Source of the DNA: a virus
Taxonomy: Duplodnaviria > Caudoviricetes
DNA: 56,239 nucleotides
Reading direction: 5' to 3' (one strand)
Virus record (IMG/VR): IMGVR_UViG_3300044711_000029
Coordinates: 1-56,239 of that record
Under the pieces are notes generated by a model. It ran no database searches, had not been told where the DNA came from, and was given only the letters and a program-made list of their open reading frames with translations. The first letter of the stretch is position 1. The number at the start of each line of letters is the position of its first letter. The position numbers and the translations under genes were made by a program. Shown here in pieces: positions 1 through 9,226 of this stretch.

Positions 1-44
1 CCGTCGCACATGTTTCCGCAGGTTTTGAAATCAAGGAATTTTAG

Positions 45-1277
45 TTGAACATCCGAGACCGTATCAAGGAATTTCGCCGGATTAAAGCGTCCGACCTGCG
101 CCCTAACCCGAAGAACTGGCGGAAGCACCCGCAGGCGCAGCACGACGCCTTGCGTGGCATCCTGGCCGAGGTGGGCTACGTCGATGCCCTGATGGCCCGC
201 CAGCTACCGGATGGCAGCCTGATGCTGGTGGACGGCCATTTACGGGCCGAGACCACCCCCGACTCCGAAGTCCCTGTCCTGATCGTGGACCTGACCGAGG
301 AGAAGGCGGCCAAGGTGCTGGCGACGTTCGATCCGCTGGGGGCAATGGCCGAGGCAGACAGCAAGGCGTTAGACGCCCTGCTCCGCGAGGTGAACACCTC
401 GAGTGAAGCGGTGGCTGCCATGCTGGAGGACCTTGCCCATGGGGCCGGTTGCGAGTGGGCTAAGCCGGCAGAGATTGTCGAGGACGAAGTACCGGAGCCG
501 CCAGTTGACCCGGTGACGAAGCCGGGTGACTTGTGGCTGCTGGGGGAGCATCGGTTGCTGTGCGGGGATTCGACGAAGGGGGAGGATGTGGGGAGGGCGA
601 TCGGCGGCCAACTGGCAGACATGGTGTTCACTGATCCACCCTACAACGTGGCGGTTGCCGGTGGCACACATGATTCGAGAGATAAAAAGAACTTTGGGAA
701 AGGTCCAAAGATCCAGAACGACAGCATGAATGATGGCGACTTTCGGAAGTTCTTGCGAGACGCTTTTGGTCGTATGTATTGCGTCGTCAAGCCTGGCGCT
801 GCCGTCTATGTGTCCCATGCAGACACGGAAGGGATAAATTTCCGCTGCGCATTCCTCGAGGCTGGATTTCTTCTGAAGCAATGCCTCGTGTGGGTGAAAC
901 AGCAGTTTGTATTCGGTCGCAGCGACTACCATTGGCAACACGAGCCAATCCTTTACGGCTGGCGTGACGGCGCTGGGCATCAGTTCTTCGGAGAGAGAAA
1001 TCAGGGTACGACATGGACCATAGATCGTCCGATGCGATCCGAGAAAGAACACCCGACGCAAAAGCCGGTTGCACTGCCGGCTAAGGCCATCCGCAATAGC
1101 TCTAAGGGCATGGACATATTGTTTGAGCCATTTGCCGGCGCTGGTTCCACTATCATCGCCGCCGAGCAACTAGGCCGCCGCTGCTACGGACTAGAAATCG
1201 AGCCGCGCTATTGTGACGTTGTTGTGCAGCGCTGGGAAAAACTGACGGGGAAGAAAGCTGAGGTGCAACATGCGTGA
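45..1277 (+). CDS. ParB-like N-terminal domain fused to DNA N6-adenine/N4-cytosine methyltransferase
   Basis: N-terminal NPKNWRKH...VDGHLR (ParB/Srx-like); DPPY catalytic motif, HPTQKP, and EPFAGAGST SAM-binding motif; TTG start; common position upstream of terS. Confidence 0.9.
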   Translation: MNIRDRIKEFRRIKASDLRPNPKNWRKHPQAQHDALRGILAEVGYVDALMARQLPDGSLMLVDGHLRAETTPDSEVPVLIVDLTEEKAAKVLATFDPLGAMAEADSKALDALLREVNTSSEAVAAMLEDLAHGAGCEWAKPAEIVEDEVPEPPVDPVTKPGDLWLLGEHRLLCGDSTKGEDVGRAIGGQLADMVFTDPPYNVAVAGGTHDSRDKKNFGKGPKIQNDSMNDGDFRKFLRDAFGRMYCVVKPGAAVYVSHADTEGINFRCAFLEAGFLLKQCLVWVKQQFVFGRSDYHWQHEPILYGWRDGAGHQFFGERNQGTTWTIDRPMRSEKEHPTQKPVALPAKAIRNSSKGMDILFEPFAGAGSTIIAAEQLGRRCYGLEIEPRYCDVVVQRWEKLTGKKAEVQHA

Positions 1278-1392
1278 GTTGTTCTGGTGGATGACTGACG
1301 AAGAATTCAGCCAACTTGCCAGGGAAGTGCAGACCGGCGTGGCGAGTATTCCTGTTGTTCTGGAAGCGAGCGAGGAAAGTGATGGGAGCTAG
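1270..1392 (+). CDS. possible 40-aa hypothetical protein
   Basis: ATG at 1270 after GAGG, fills the gap between methylase and terS; below ORF-track cutoff. Confidence 0.35.
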   Translation: MRELFWWMTDEEFSQLAREVQTGVASIPVVLEASEESDGS

Positions 1393-1858
1393 AGGCCCCA
1401 AGCCAACACCGACGCACCTGAAGTTGCTACGCGGCAACCCCGGACATCGCGCGCTTCCGCATGGTGAGCCGGCGCCGCAGGTCGGCTTGCCGGACCCGCC
1501 GGAGCACTTGCCGCAGCAATACAAAGACGCGTGGCCTGCTCTCGCCGGGCAGTTGACCGCGTGCGGCGTGGCAACGCTGCTGGATGGTCCGTCCTTTGAA
1601 TTGCTCGTCCGCGCCTATGTGGACCACAACGCAGCGGCGCTGAAGGTAGCCGAGACGCTTGGCCCGGTATGGTTCAAGAAGGACGCAGACGGAATTCCAT
1701 ACGCCGAATTCAACCCGTGGTGGACCGTCGTAAACAAGGAATGGAAGAAGCTGACGACGATGCTGAGTGAGTTTGGCATCGGACCAGCCTCGAGGACGAG
1801 GGTGCAGGTAAACCAGGCACAGGAAAAAACCGGCGTCCCATCCCGTAAGCGAGCATGA
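1382..1858 (+). CDS. terS: terminase small subunit, P27 family
   Basis: MGARGPKPTPT..KLLRGNPG N-terminus, NPW, and EFGIGPASRTRV C-terminal motif; overlaps terL. Confidence 0.92.
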   Translation: MGARGPKPTPTHLKLLRGNPGHRALPHGEPAPQVGLPDPPEHLPQQYKDAWPALAGQLTACGVATLLDGPSFELLVRAYVDHNAAALKVAETLGPVWFKKDADGIPYAEFNPWWTVVNKEWKKLTTMLSEFGIGPASRTRVQVNQAQEKTGVPSRKRA

Positions 1859-3729
1859 GTATCGACCCCACAACCCGTCTCTGGCTCCGCAACGAGTCAG
1901 ACGAACGCGCGGCCGCAAACGGCTGCCGGTTCGACGTGCTGCGCGGCGCGTGGACGGTGTATTGGATCGAGCGCTTTTGCAAACTCTACGAAGGCGAGGG
2001 ATATGCTGGCCAGCCGTTGATTCTTCACGGCTGCCGGGAGTGCGACCATTCCGAATTCTGGGAAGTGAAAGACTGGGACGAAGCCGGTCAGGAAGTTCAC
2101 CTGGAGCGGGCGCGGCTATTCTCGGAATGCGTTGCGGCCGGCCATCGCCTCGACTGGCAATACGAATGCTTCATGCGGCTGTTCGGCTGGGTGCGGCAGA
2201 GCGAACGGTGGGAGCGGGAAATTCGCCGCTTCAAGCAGGCAAGTATCTGGCAGGCGAAGAAGAACAAGAAATCTCCCAGCCTTGCGGCGCTGGGGATGTA
2301 TCTGCTGGCAGGGGACGGAGAGCCAGGGCAAAAGGTTTTCCTGGCCGCAAAGGACGGGGAGCAGGCCCGCACAAATGCCGGCAAGCACGCCGTAGAAATG
2401 TGGATGCAGTCGGAAGAACTCAAGTCCGAATGCACGCTTAACCGCAGCATCCTGCAAATCACACATGAGCCGTCCCGCTCAATCATGCGGCCACTGTCCA
2501 GTTCCAACAGCCGGACGCAGGAGAGTAAGGAAGGTTTGAACGGCTCGATTCTCATTGACGAAACGCACGTCGTGGACCGCGCCTTTGTGGACCGCATCAG
2601 CCGCGCCGGCATCAGCCGCAGCGAACCGCTTATGGCTGAATTCTCTACAGCCGGCAATAACCCAGACGGCTACGGCAAAGAGCGATTCGACTATGCCTCG
2701 GATGTTCTGGCCGGCAAGGTGACGGATGAGGAACTGTTCGCCGCCGTCTATGCCGCACCGCAGGACGTGACCGATGAGCAGCTTGACGCCGACCTGAATG
2801 AATATGCCCGCCAAGCCAACCCATCGCTGGGGCACACCATCGAACTCCACGAACTGCGGCGGGACTATGAGCGGTCGAAGTCAAAGATTGAGAACCTGTG
2901 TAACTTCAAGATGTACCGCCTCAACATCTGGCAGCACAGCAGCAACCCCTGGCTGCGGCCGTCCGATTGGGCGAAATGCGCTGCGGAGTTTGCCGAGAAG
3001 GACTTGCTTGGCCAGACCTGCTACGGCGCGATGGACCTGGCCCTCCGCTGGGATACGTCGGCTTTCGCGCTGCTGTTCCCCTGGGGCGAGCACGAGCAGC
3101 CGCATTTTCGCGCCTTAGTCTATTTCTTCCTGCCGCAGAAGTCGGCGCAAAAGATGGCCGACCGGGCACCGTGGCGCGAGTGGGAAAGCTGCGGCGATAT
3201 CCGGCTGACGGACGGCGACACGACAGACTTCCCACTAATCCGCTCCGTGATCCGCACCGCCCGCGATAAGTTCGACCTGCGGACTGTGGCCTATGACGAC
3301 CGCTTTGCTGAAACGGTTGCGCAGGAGCTTCAGGACGATGACGGGATTCAGATGGTTGACTTCAACCAAACGCCGCAGAACTTTGCCGAGCCGATGGGAC
3401 TCTTAGAGGCCGACGTTATTTCTGGCCGCATCGAACACCCTGACAATCGCTGCCTTAACTGGCAGGCCGGCAACGCCACAAAGAACCGCAAGGGGATGCT
3501 GGTCAAGCCTGAGCAGGACGACATGAAGAAGATCGACGGGATTACGGCGCTGGTGATGGCGCGGGCGATGGCAGCGGCAGATATCAACCCCGGCTCCGTG
3601 TACGACACTCGCGGCATCGTCTCCCTCGGCTCCGCTTCCCAGCCCGAACCGCAACCAGCCTTGGCAACCGCAAGCGATCAGACCAAGCCCGTCGAGTGGG
3701 GCGGAAACTGGGGGAATGATGACGACTAA
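1855..3729 (+). CDS. terL: terminase large subunit (Terminase_1 type)
   Basis: RRF..A.I..AKKNKKS Walker A variant, ILIDETH Walker B, STAG motif, ANPSLG, nuclease motifs GAMDLA..D and KIDGITALVMA. Confidence 0.95.
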   Translation: MSIDPTTRLWLRNESDERAAANGCRFDVLRGAWTVYWIERFCKLYEGEGYAGQPLILHGCRECDHSEFWEVKDWDEAGQEVHLERARLFSECVAAGHRLDWQYECFMRLFGWVRQSERWEREIRRFKQASIWQAKKNKKSPSLAALGMYLLAGDGEPGQKVFLAAKDGEQARTNAGKHAVEMWMQSEELKSECTLNRSILQITHEPSRSIMRPLSSSNSRTQESKEGLNGSILIDETHVVDRAFVDRISRAGISRSEPLMAEFSTAGNNPDGYGKERFDYASDVLAGKVTDEELFAAVYAAPQDVTDEQLDADLNEYARQANPSLGHTIELHELRRDYERSKSKIENLCNFKMYRLNIWQHSSNPWLRPSDWAKCAAEFAEKDLLGQTCYGAMDLALRWDTSAFALLFPWGEHEQPHFRALVYFFLPQKSAQKMADRAPWREWESCGDIRLTDGDTTDFPLIRSVIRTARDKFDLRTVAYDDRFAETVAQELQDDDGIQMVDFNQTPQNFAEPMGLLEADVISGRIEHPDNRCLNWQAGNATKNRKGMLVKPEQDDMKKIDGITALVMARAMAAADINPGSVYDTRGIVSLGSASQPEPQPALATASDQTKPVEWGGNWGNDDD

Positions 3730-3958
3730 GAAGACGGGGATGAACTTTACCCAGACGTGCCATGAATGCCGCACCTGCTTGCTTTGCAACCGGCCCGCGA
3801 TATTCGTTGGGGAATTCAGGCCATTGAAGCACTGGAGACTTCCTCGCGGAATCCCAGAAGGCACTAGATACTTTTATGGTGCGTGCCGAAAGCATGCTGG
3901 AAAGATGGGCGCAATCGAGGAGGAAATCTCAAAGAGAATATCGTCTAGAAATAACTAA
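3719..3958 (+). CDS. small Cys-rich (zinc-binding) hypothetical protein inserted between terL and portal
   Basis: CHEC..CLLC..C..H; start ATGACGACTAAG mirrors the portal start. Confidence 0.6.
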   Translation: MTTKKTGMNFTQTCHECRTCLLCNRPAIFVGEFRPLKHWRLPRGIPEGTRYFYGACRKHAGKMGAIEEEISKRISSRNN

Positions 3959-3981
3959 ATGACCAGTCAACGGGAGCAACC

Positions 3982-5625
3982 ATGACAACTAAGCGGGCGA
4001 CGAAGCCGAAGAAGCAACCGGCCAAAAAGAAGCCGCAGGCCCTCGCTCCGCGCACTGAGCCATCCGACCCGGAGTACAGCGGCACGCGGGGCATGTTCTA
4101 TCTGCCGACGCGCAGCACGGCCGGGGTTGTCGTCACGGAAGATACGGCCCTCACGCAATCGACCGTCTGGGCCTGCATCCGGGTTATCTCGGAATCCCTG
4201 GCTGGTATGCCGTGGCGAGTTGGCAAACTGACGAAAGACGGCGCCATCGACCCGCTGGAAAACCACCCGCTGAACTGGCTGCTGAACTTCGCGGCCAATG
4301 ACGAGACGCAAGCCTTTGCCTTCCGCGAAACACTCTGGGCCTGGGCTTTGGGATGGGGAAATGGCTATGCCGAAATCGAGCGGGATTTCTCTGGAAGGCC
4401 GATAGCTCTATGGCAATTGCACCCAAGCCGCGTTCGAGTGGTTCGGAACGACGCCGGAACGCTGCTATATGAAGTACAGAACTGCGACGAGCCGCCGAGC
4501 TACCTTCCGGCTCGCGATATGTTTCACCTCATGGGGCCGTCGCCCGATGGCTTAGTGGGCTGGTCCGTTATTCGGATGCACGCGCGGACGATTGGCCTGG
4601 CGATGGCGCAGGAGGAAAACGCGACCAGTTTCAACGCCAACGACTCGACGCCGGGCGGAATCCTGAGTCACCCCGGAAAGCTCAGCGACATAGCGCGCAA
4701 GAACCTAGAGGAGTCATGGAACCGCAGGCACCGCGGCCCCAGTAACCGCCGCACGATCGCAATCATTGAAGAGGCGATGAAGTGGGAGCAGACCGGACTA
4801 CCGCCGCAAGAGTCGCAACTTGTCGAGCAGATGCAGCTCACCCCGTCGATGGTCTGCCGCATCTTCCGCGTCCCGCCGCACATGGTCGCGGATTTATCCC
4901 GGTCCACGTTCAGTAACATTGAAAGCCAGAGTTTAGAATTTGTCAAAGATACCCTGCGGCCGTGGGCGGAACGCGGGGAAGCGGAGGCGGACGTAAAACT
5001 CTTTGGCCGGAACAATCAGGCCACGCTCGTTACGGTGATCGACCTAAGCGAGCGGGAGCGAGGCGATACAGCCGCGCAGACTCAGCACGTCAAGGAAATG
5101 ATTTTTTGCGGCGTCTATACGGTCAACATGGCCTTGCGGTATCTCGGACACAAGGGAATCGGACCAGAGGGCGACAAGCGATACATTCAATCCGCGATGA
5201 TTCCTCTGGAAGATGTCGGCAAGGATCGGCAGCCGCCCAAGCCGGCCCCAACTCCAAATCCTCCAGACGAGACGCCGCCAGCCGACAACGCCCCGCTGGC
5301 CCGTGTCCAAGAGCGGAGTATGGCTGTGCTGGTCGATGCCTGCCGCCGGATGCTGAAGCGCGAGAACGATTCCAAAAACCTCGATGGCGATGCCCTGTCC
5401 TCCTGGCTTGCACGCCATCGCGACTACAGCCGGGAGATTATCTTGCCCGCCGCTGGCGTGCTGGGGGCTTGCTTCGATTCCCACCCGGCAGCCGTGGACG
5501 TGGCCGTGTCTCTATTCCTCACCAAGCACTTTGAATCCCTTGGCTCCGACCAACCGCCCGAAGCGAAGGCATTGGAGCTGCGGGATTACATTTTGGCGGC
5601 AGCGTCCGCGAAGGGAGCAGCGTAA
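3982..5625 (+). CDS. portal protein, HK97 family
   Basis: TVWACIRVISESLA, GNGYAEI, LWQLHPSRV, PGGIL, RIFRVPPHMV, TFSNIESQ motifs; follows terL. Confidence 0.96.
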   Translation: MTTKRATKPKKQPAKKKPQALAPRTEPSDPEYSGTRGMFYLPTRSTAGVVVTEDTALTQSTVWACIRVISESLAGMPWRVGKLTKDGAIDPLENHPLNWLLNFAANDETQAFAFRETLWAWALGWGNGYAEIERDFSGRPIALWQLHPSRVRVVRNDAGTLLYEVQNCDEPPSYLPARDMFHLMGPSPDGLVGWSVIRMHARTIGLAMAQEENATSFNANDSTPGGILSHPGKLSDIARKNLEESWNRRHRGPSNRRTIAIIEEAMKWEQTGLPPQESQLVEQMQLTPSMVCRIFRVPPHMVADLSRSTFSNIESQSLEFVKDTLRPWAERGEAEADVKLFGRNNQATLVTVIDLSERERGDTAAQTQHVKEMIFCGVYTVNMALRYLGHKGIGPEGDKRYIQSAMIPLEDVGKDRQPPKPAPTPNPPDETPPADNAPLARVQERSMAVLVDACRRMLKRENDSKNLDGDALSSWLARHRDYSREIILPAAGVLGACFDSHPAAVDVAVSLFLTKHFESLGSDQPPEAKALELRDYILAAASAKGAA

Positions 5626-6468
5626 ATGCCTCAAATGAAATCCACCCCCGACTGGCTTCGTGCCGGCGTCTCGTCCAAAGCGATCGGAGTGGACCGCGAG
5701 AAGAACATTCTTCGCGGCTACGTCATTGCTCAAGAGGGACCGTTCAAGAGCGAAGGCCGCGGGGAATTCGACGTGGCAGCGCTGCAAGCCATCGTCTCGC
5801 TGGCCAAGGCCAAGTCCGGCGGGTTGAAATCGCGATTCACCCACCCCGATATGAGCAACGACGGCTTGGGTAAGTTCCTGGGCCGTGCTCACAATCCGTT
5901 CATGGATTCAGCGATTGACGCCCGCACTGGGAAGAAAGTCGCGGCCGTTCGCGGCGACCTGCACTTCGACAAGACGGCGCTCGAAACGCCGCCGGAAGGT
6001 GGCCGGCCGTTAGGGTTGTACGTTATGGACCTCGCGGAAAGCGACCCGGATGCGCTGTCATCGTCTATTGTGGTTCAGGCAGACCAAGAGGAGCAATTAG
6101 ATAAAGATGGCAAGGCGATGCTGGACAAAGACGGCAATCCGCTCCCGCCTCTCTGGCGCCCTACCGTGCTCCACGCCTCCGATATCGTCGATACCGGGGA
6201 CGCCGTGGACGGTCTGCTATCGGCCAAGGTGGACATCGAACGCCTGCCGCTGGCCGTGCTGTGGAAAGGCGAACAGCTACTTGACGCCGTGTTCCTCGAC
6301 CAGCCGAGGGACGTGATCGAAGCCCGCTTGGCGGCCTACGTGGACCGCTACCTCAATCGCAAGTTCGGCGAACCACCGCCCGCCGCGCCGACTCCCGTAC
6401 TCGATTCCCGACGGCTGCGGATGGACGAGATGCGGGTGCTGGCGGGGAAGATCAGGGAGAAAGTGTGA
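5626..6468 (+). CDS. putative prohead (maturation) protease
   Basis: Position between portal and capsid; candidate catalytic His (RFTH), Ser (LSSSI) and DIVD.G.A motif resembling assemblin-fold phage proteases. Confidence 0.7.
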   Translation: MPQMKSTPDWLRAGVSSKAIGVDREKNILRGYVIAQEGPFKSEGRGEFDVAALQAIVSLAKAKSGGLKSRFTHPDMSNDGLGKFLGRAHNPFMDSAIDARTGKKVAAVRGDLHFDKTALETPPEGGRPLGLYVMDLAESDPDALSSSIVVQADQEEQLDKDGKAMLDKDGNPLPPLWRPTVLHASDIVDTGDAVDGLLSAKVDIERLPLAVLWKGEQLLDAVFLDQPRDVIEARLAAYVDRYLNRKFGEPPPAAPTPVLDSRRLRMDEMRVLAGKIREKV

Positions 6469-6746
6469 TGCAAACCTACGAACAACGGCAATCCGGTTTG
6501 GTGGTTCCGAAAGAGAAGCCAAAGCCGCCAGAGCGGAAGTACGGCCCGCTGGAGATTCAGGAAGCGGAGCAGAGGGCAATTGCCGACAAAGCCCTGCGGC
6601 TACTATGGGATGCGATGGAGTTACGTAGTCCGCCGCGGTTCTGCGTCCCTGGCTGCGAATCCTATGACGCCCACCTTCAAGCGTGGGACTACATCGGCAA
6701 GATGATTCTTGGGAAGGACTGCCCAGAACATGAGGTCTATACGTGA
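6468..6746 (+). CDS. hypothetical protein
   Basis: Translationally coupled (GTGATG) ORF. Confidence 0.6.
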   Translation: MQTYEQRQSGLVVPKEKPKPPERKYGPLEIQEAEQRAIADKALRLLWDAMELRSPPRFCVPGCESYDAHLQAWDYIGKMILGKDCPEHEVYT

Positions 6747-6955
6747 TGGCTGACGAACGCAAAATAATCGGCTACCTCTTCGGCAAGCCGATTTACGAAT
6801 CTGAAGGCATCGGCGCGGACGTTGGTAATCTTTATATGACCCCGCTCACTGAAGAGGTTGCGAAGAAAGCCGCCGAGCAAATGGCGGCGAACGCTATCGC
6901 TAGAAGGCTAGTCGCTGAATCACTAGTGGATGCGTCGCCGACGGAGGGGATGTGA
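6746..6955 (+). CDS. hypothetical protein
   Basis: Coupled ORF flanked by GTGATGGCTGA repeats. Confidence 0.55.
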   Translation: MADERKIIGYLFGKPIYESEGIGADVGNLYMTPLTEEVAKKAAEQMAANAIARRLVAESLVDASPTEGM

Positions 6956-7134
6956 TGGCTGAGCGCGGCAAGCCACTTCCGTTTGCGATGAAGCAAGAGA
7001 TTCAGGCCAAGCGCCGCGAGGCGACCGTGCGCCAGCTTGCGAGTGAGTTAAACCTGAGCAAGACAACCGTGCAAAAGTATGGCAGTAATAGATTGGTACA
7101 AAACCGTTCCCAAGGCGCAAGAAATCTGCAATAA
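6955..7134 (+). CDS. small helix-turn-helix DNA-binding protein
   Basis: TVRQLASELNLSKTTVQKY HTH pattern; GGAGGG RBS. Confidence 0.7.
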   Translation: MAERGKPLPFAMKQEIQAKRREATVRQLASELNLSKTTVQKYGSNRLVQNRSQGARNLQ

Positions 7135-7137
7135 GTA

Positions 7138-7259
7138 AATCCATCAGGCAGCCCGCGCTCTTGGCGTGACCAGAGCAGCGATTGCCGAAAGAACGGATAA
7201 ACGCTTTACGTGTAGGGCGTGGCCCGTTGGTTTTCTCAACCAACCGGCCGCGCCTTTTT
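7138..7259 (+). promoter_or_regulatory. structured 5' leader of the capsid gene with competing hairpin and intrinsic terminator
   Basis: Nested stems 7138-7198; ACGCTTTA/TAGGGCGT hairpin 7201-7220 overlaps the 5' arm of terminator 7216-7254 followed by T5. Confidence 0.6.
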
Positions 7260-7286
7260 ATTTGCGCGGCCCCCAGGGGTCACGCA

Positions 7287-8696
7287 ATGAAAATTGACGA
7301 ATTCAAAGAGCGGCTGCAATTGCTGCTCACGGAGAATGAAACTCTCCAAGCCAAAGCCGATGCGGAGAAGCGGGATTTCACGGTTGAAGAGACCGAGAAG
7401 TTCGACGCCAACCAGGCCGCTTTCACTGCCGCCAAGGAAAACATCGAACGGCTCCAGGCGCACGAGGAGCAGCAGCAACTCCTGCTCAAGCCGAACGGAC
7501 GTAAGACGAAGCCGGAAGCGCCGGCCGAACCCGCCGAGGAAGGCGACGAGAAGCTCAGCCCCAACGGCAATCGCTACAAGCCGAAGACCACGATTCGGGC
7601 CGTCGAAGATTTTAGCCTGAGCAAGAACGGCGGCTTCCGCAGCCTGGGTGACATGGCCTGGGCTGTGGCAAAGGCTTGCAGCCGCGGCGGCAGTTTGGAC
7701 CCCCGCTTGGAACGCAGCGAACGTCTGGCGGCGGCTACGACCTACGGCAACGAAGGTTCCGGCGCTGACGGCGGCTTTGCGGTTCCGCCCGACTTCCGCA
7801 ACTCCATCATGCAGACAATCCTCGCGGAGGATTCGCTGCTCGCCAAGTGCGATCAGGTTACGGTGGACGGCAACCAGTTTACCTGCCCGATGGACGAGAC
7901 GAGTCCCTGGCAGACGACCGGCGGCATTCAGGCGACGTGGGACGGCGAAGCGGTTGCCGCCACGCAGAGCAAGCCAGCCCTGGGCGAGCGGACCATCAAG
8001 GCGAACAAGATTCGCTGCTTGGTTCCGATGACCGAGGAGAGCATGGCCGATGCGTCGGCGCTGGATTCTTGGCTTCGCAAGAAAGCTCCCGAAAAGATCG
8101 GCCACAAGGTTGATCTGGCAATCTTCCAGGGGACCGGAGTTGGCCAACCGCTCGGCGTCCTCAACAGCCCAGCGCTCGTCACGGTGAGTAAGGAAAGCTC
8201 GCAGACGGCCGACACCTTGATTGGCCTGAACGTCATCAAGATGCACATGCGGATGTATGCCCCTTGCCGCAAGAACGCGGTCTGGCTCATCAATCCCGAC
8301 ATTGAGGCCGAACTGCTCAACCTGTCCCTGCCTGGCCGCGATGCGGTGGGCAATGCGGTTACGGGCTGGGGCGGTCTGCTCTACGTTCCGCCGGGCGGGC
8401 TGAGTGCTTCACCGTTCGGGACGCTGCTTGGCCGTCCGGTTGTTCCCAATCAGGTGTGCGAAACCTTGGGCGACAAGGGCGACATCGCCTTTATCGACTT
8501 CACCCAATACCTCGCGGTGCTGAAGTCCGGCCCGAATCCGCGCGTGGAAACGTCCATGCACCTGTGGTTCGACCAGGACTTGATGGCGTTCAAGTTCGTC
8601 CTCCGCGTCGGCGGGATCACGTGGTGGTCGTCCACGCTGTCTGCCCGCGATGGCAGCACGACTTACTCGCCCTACGTGGCGCTCGAAGCCCGCTAA
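7287..8696 (+). CDS. major capsid protein, HK97 fold with N-terminal coiled-coil (delta) domain
   Basis: GADGGFAVP, GTGVGQPLGVLN, TLLGRPV, S.H.WF.QD.MAFKF..RVGG motifs; ATG 7287 after AGGGG. Confidence 0.95.
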   Translation: MKIDEFKERLQLLLTENETLQAKADAEKRDFTVEETEKFDANQAAFTAAKENIERLQAHEEQQQLLLKPNGRKTKPEAPAEPAEEGDEKLSPNGNRYKPKTTIRAVEDFSLSKNGGFRSLGDMAWAVAKACSRGGSLDPRLERSERLAAATTYGNEGSGADGGFAVPPDFRNSIMQTILAEDSLLAKCDQVTVDGNQFTCPMDETSPWQTTGGIQATWDGEAVAATQSKPALGERTIKANKIRCLVPMTEESMADASALDSWLRKKAPEKIGHKVDLAIFQGTGVGQPLGVLNSPALVTVSKESSQTADTLIGLNVIKMHMRMYAPCRKNAVWLINPDIEAELLNLSLPGRDAVGNAVTGWGGLLYVPPGGLSASPFGTLLGRPVVPNQVCETLGDKGDIAFIDFTQYLAVLKSGPNPRVETSMHLWFDQDLMAFKFVLRVGGITWWSSTLSARDGSTTYSPYVALEAR

Positions 8697-8729
8697 ACCA
8701 ACCAGCAAATCCACCGAAAGGAAAACCAT

Positions 8730-9224
8730 ATGACCATCAACGCCAACGCCATGCTGCACGAGCAGGCCAAGATCGTTTACGGGTTGGGGGCGCAAACTCC
8801 CTCGACCAGCACGTCCGACTTCGTATCTCTCAAGGGATACGAGCGATGCCATGTTCTCATTCAGGCGCTGAACGGTTCGACCGTGACCGGCTCAGCAATC
8901 ACGCTCGGTCAGGCAGTGGACGTTGCCAATACCAGCGGCAAAGCGCTAGCCTTCTCGACGCAGTACGCCAACACGGACTGTGCCGCGACCGACACGCTGG
9001 TTGAAACGGCCGTCACGTCCAACACCTTCACTACGAGCACAACCAACTCCAAGCAGTTGATGCACATCATCGACATCAAACCGACGGACTTGGATGTCGC
9101 CGGCGGCTTCGACTGCGTGTGCGTGAAAGCGGCGACGGCAGTCAACACCACTCTGTCGATCACGTTCTATCTGTATCCGGCACGCTTCGCCAAGGCGACT
9201 CCGACTTCCGCAATTCTGGACTGA
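8730..9224 (+). CDS. capsid decoration / head accessory protein (putative)
   Basis: Thr/Ser-rich beta-type protein directly after capsid gene with strong AAGGA RBS. Confidence 0.6.
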   Translation: MTINANAMLHEQAKIVYGLGAQTPSTSTSDFVSLKGYERCHVLIQALNGSTVTGSAITLGQAVDVANTSGKALAFSTQYANTDCAATDTLVETAVTSNTFTTSTTNSKQLMHIIDIKPTDLDVAGGFDCVCVKAATAVNTTLSITFYLYPARFAKATPTSAILD

Positions 9225-9226
9225 TT

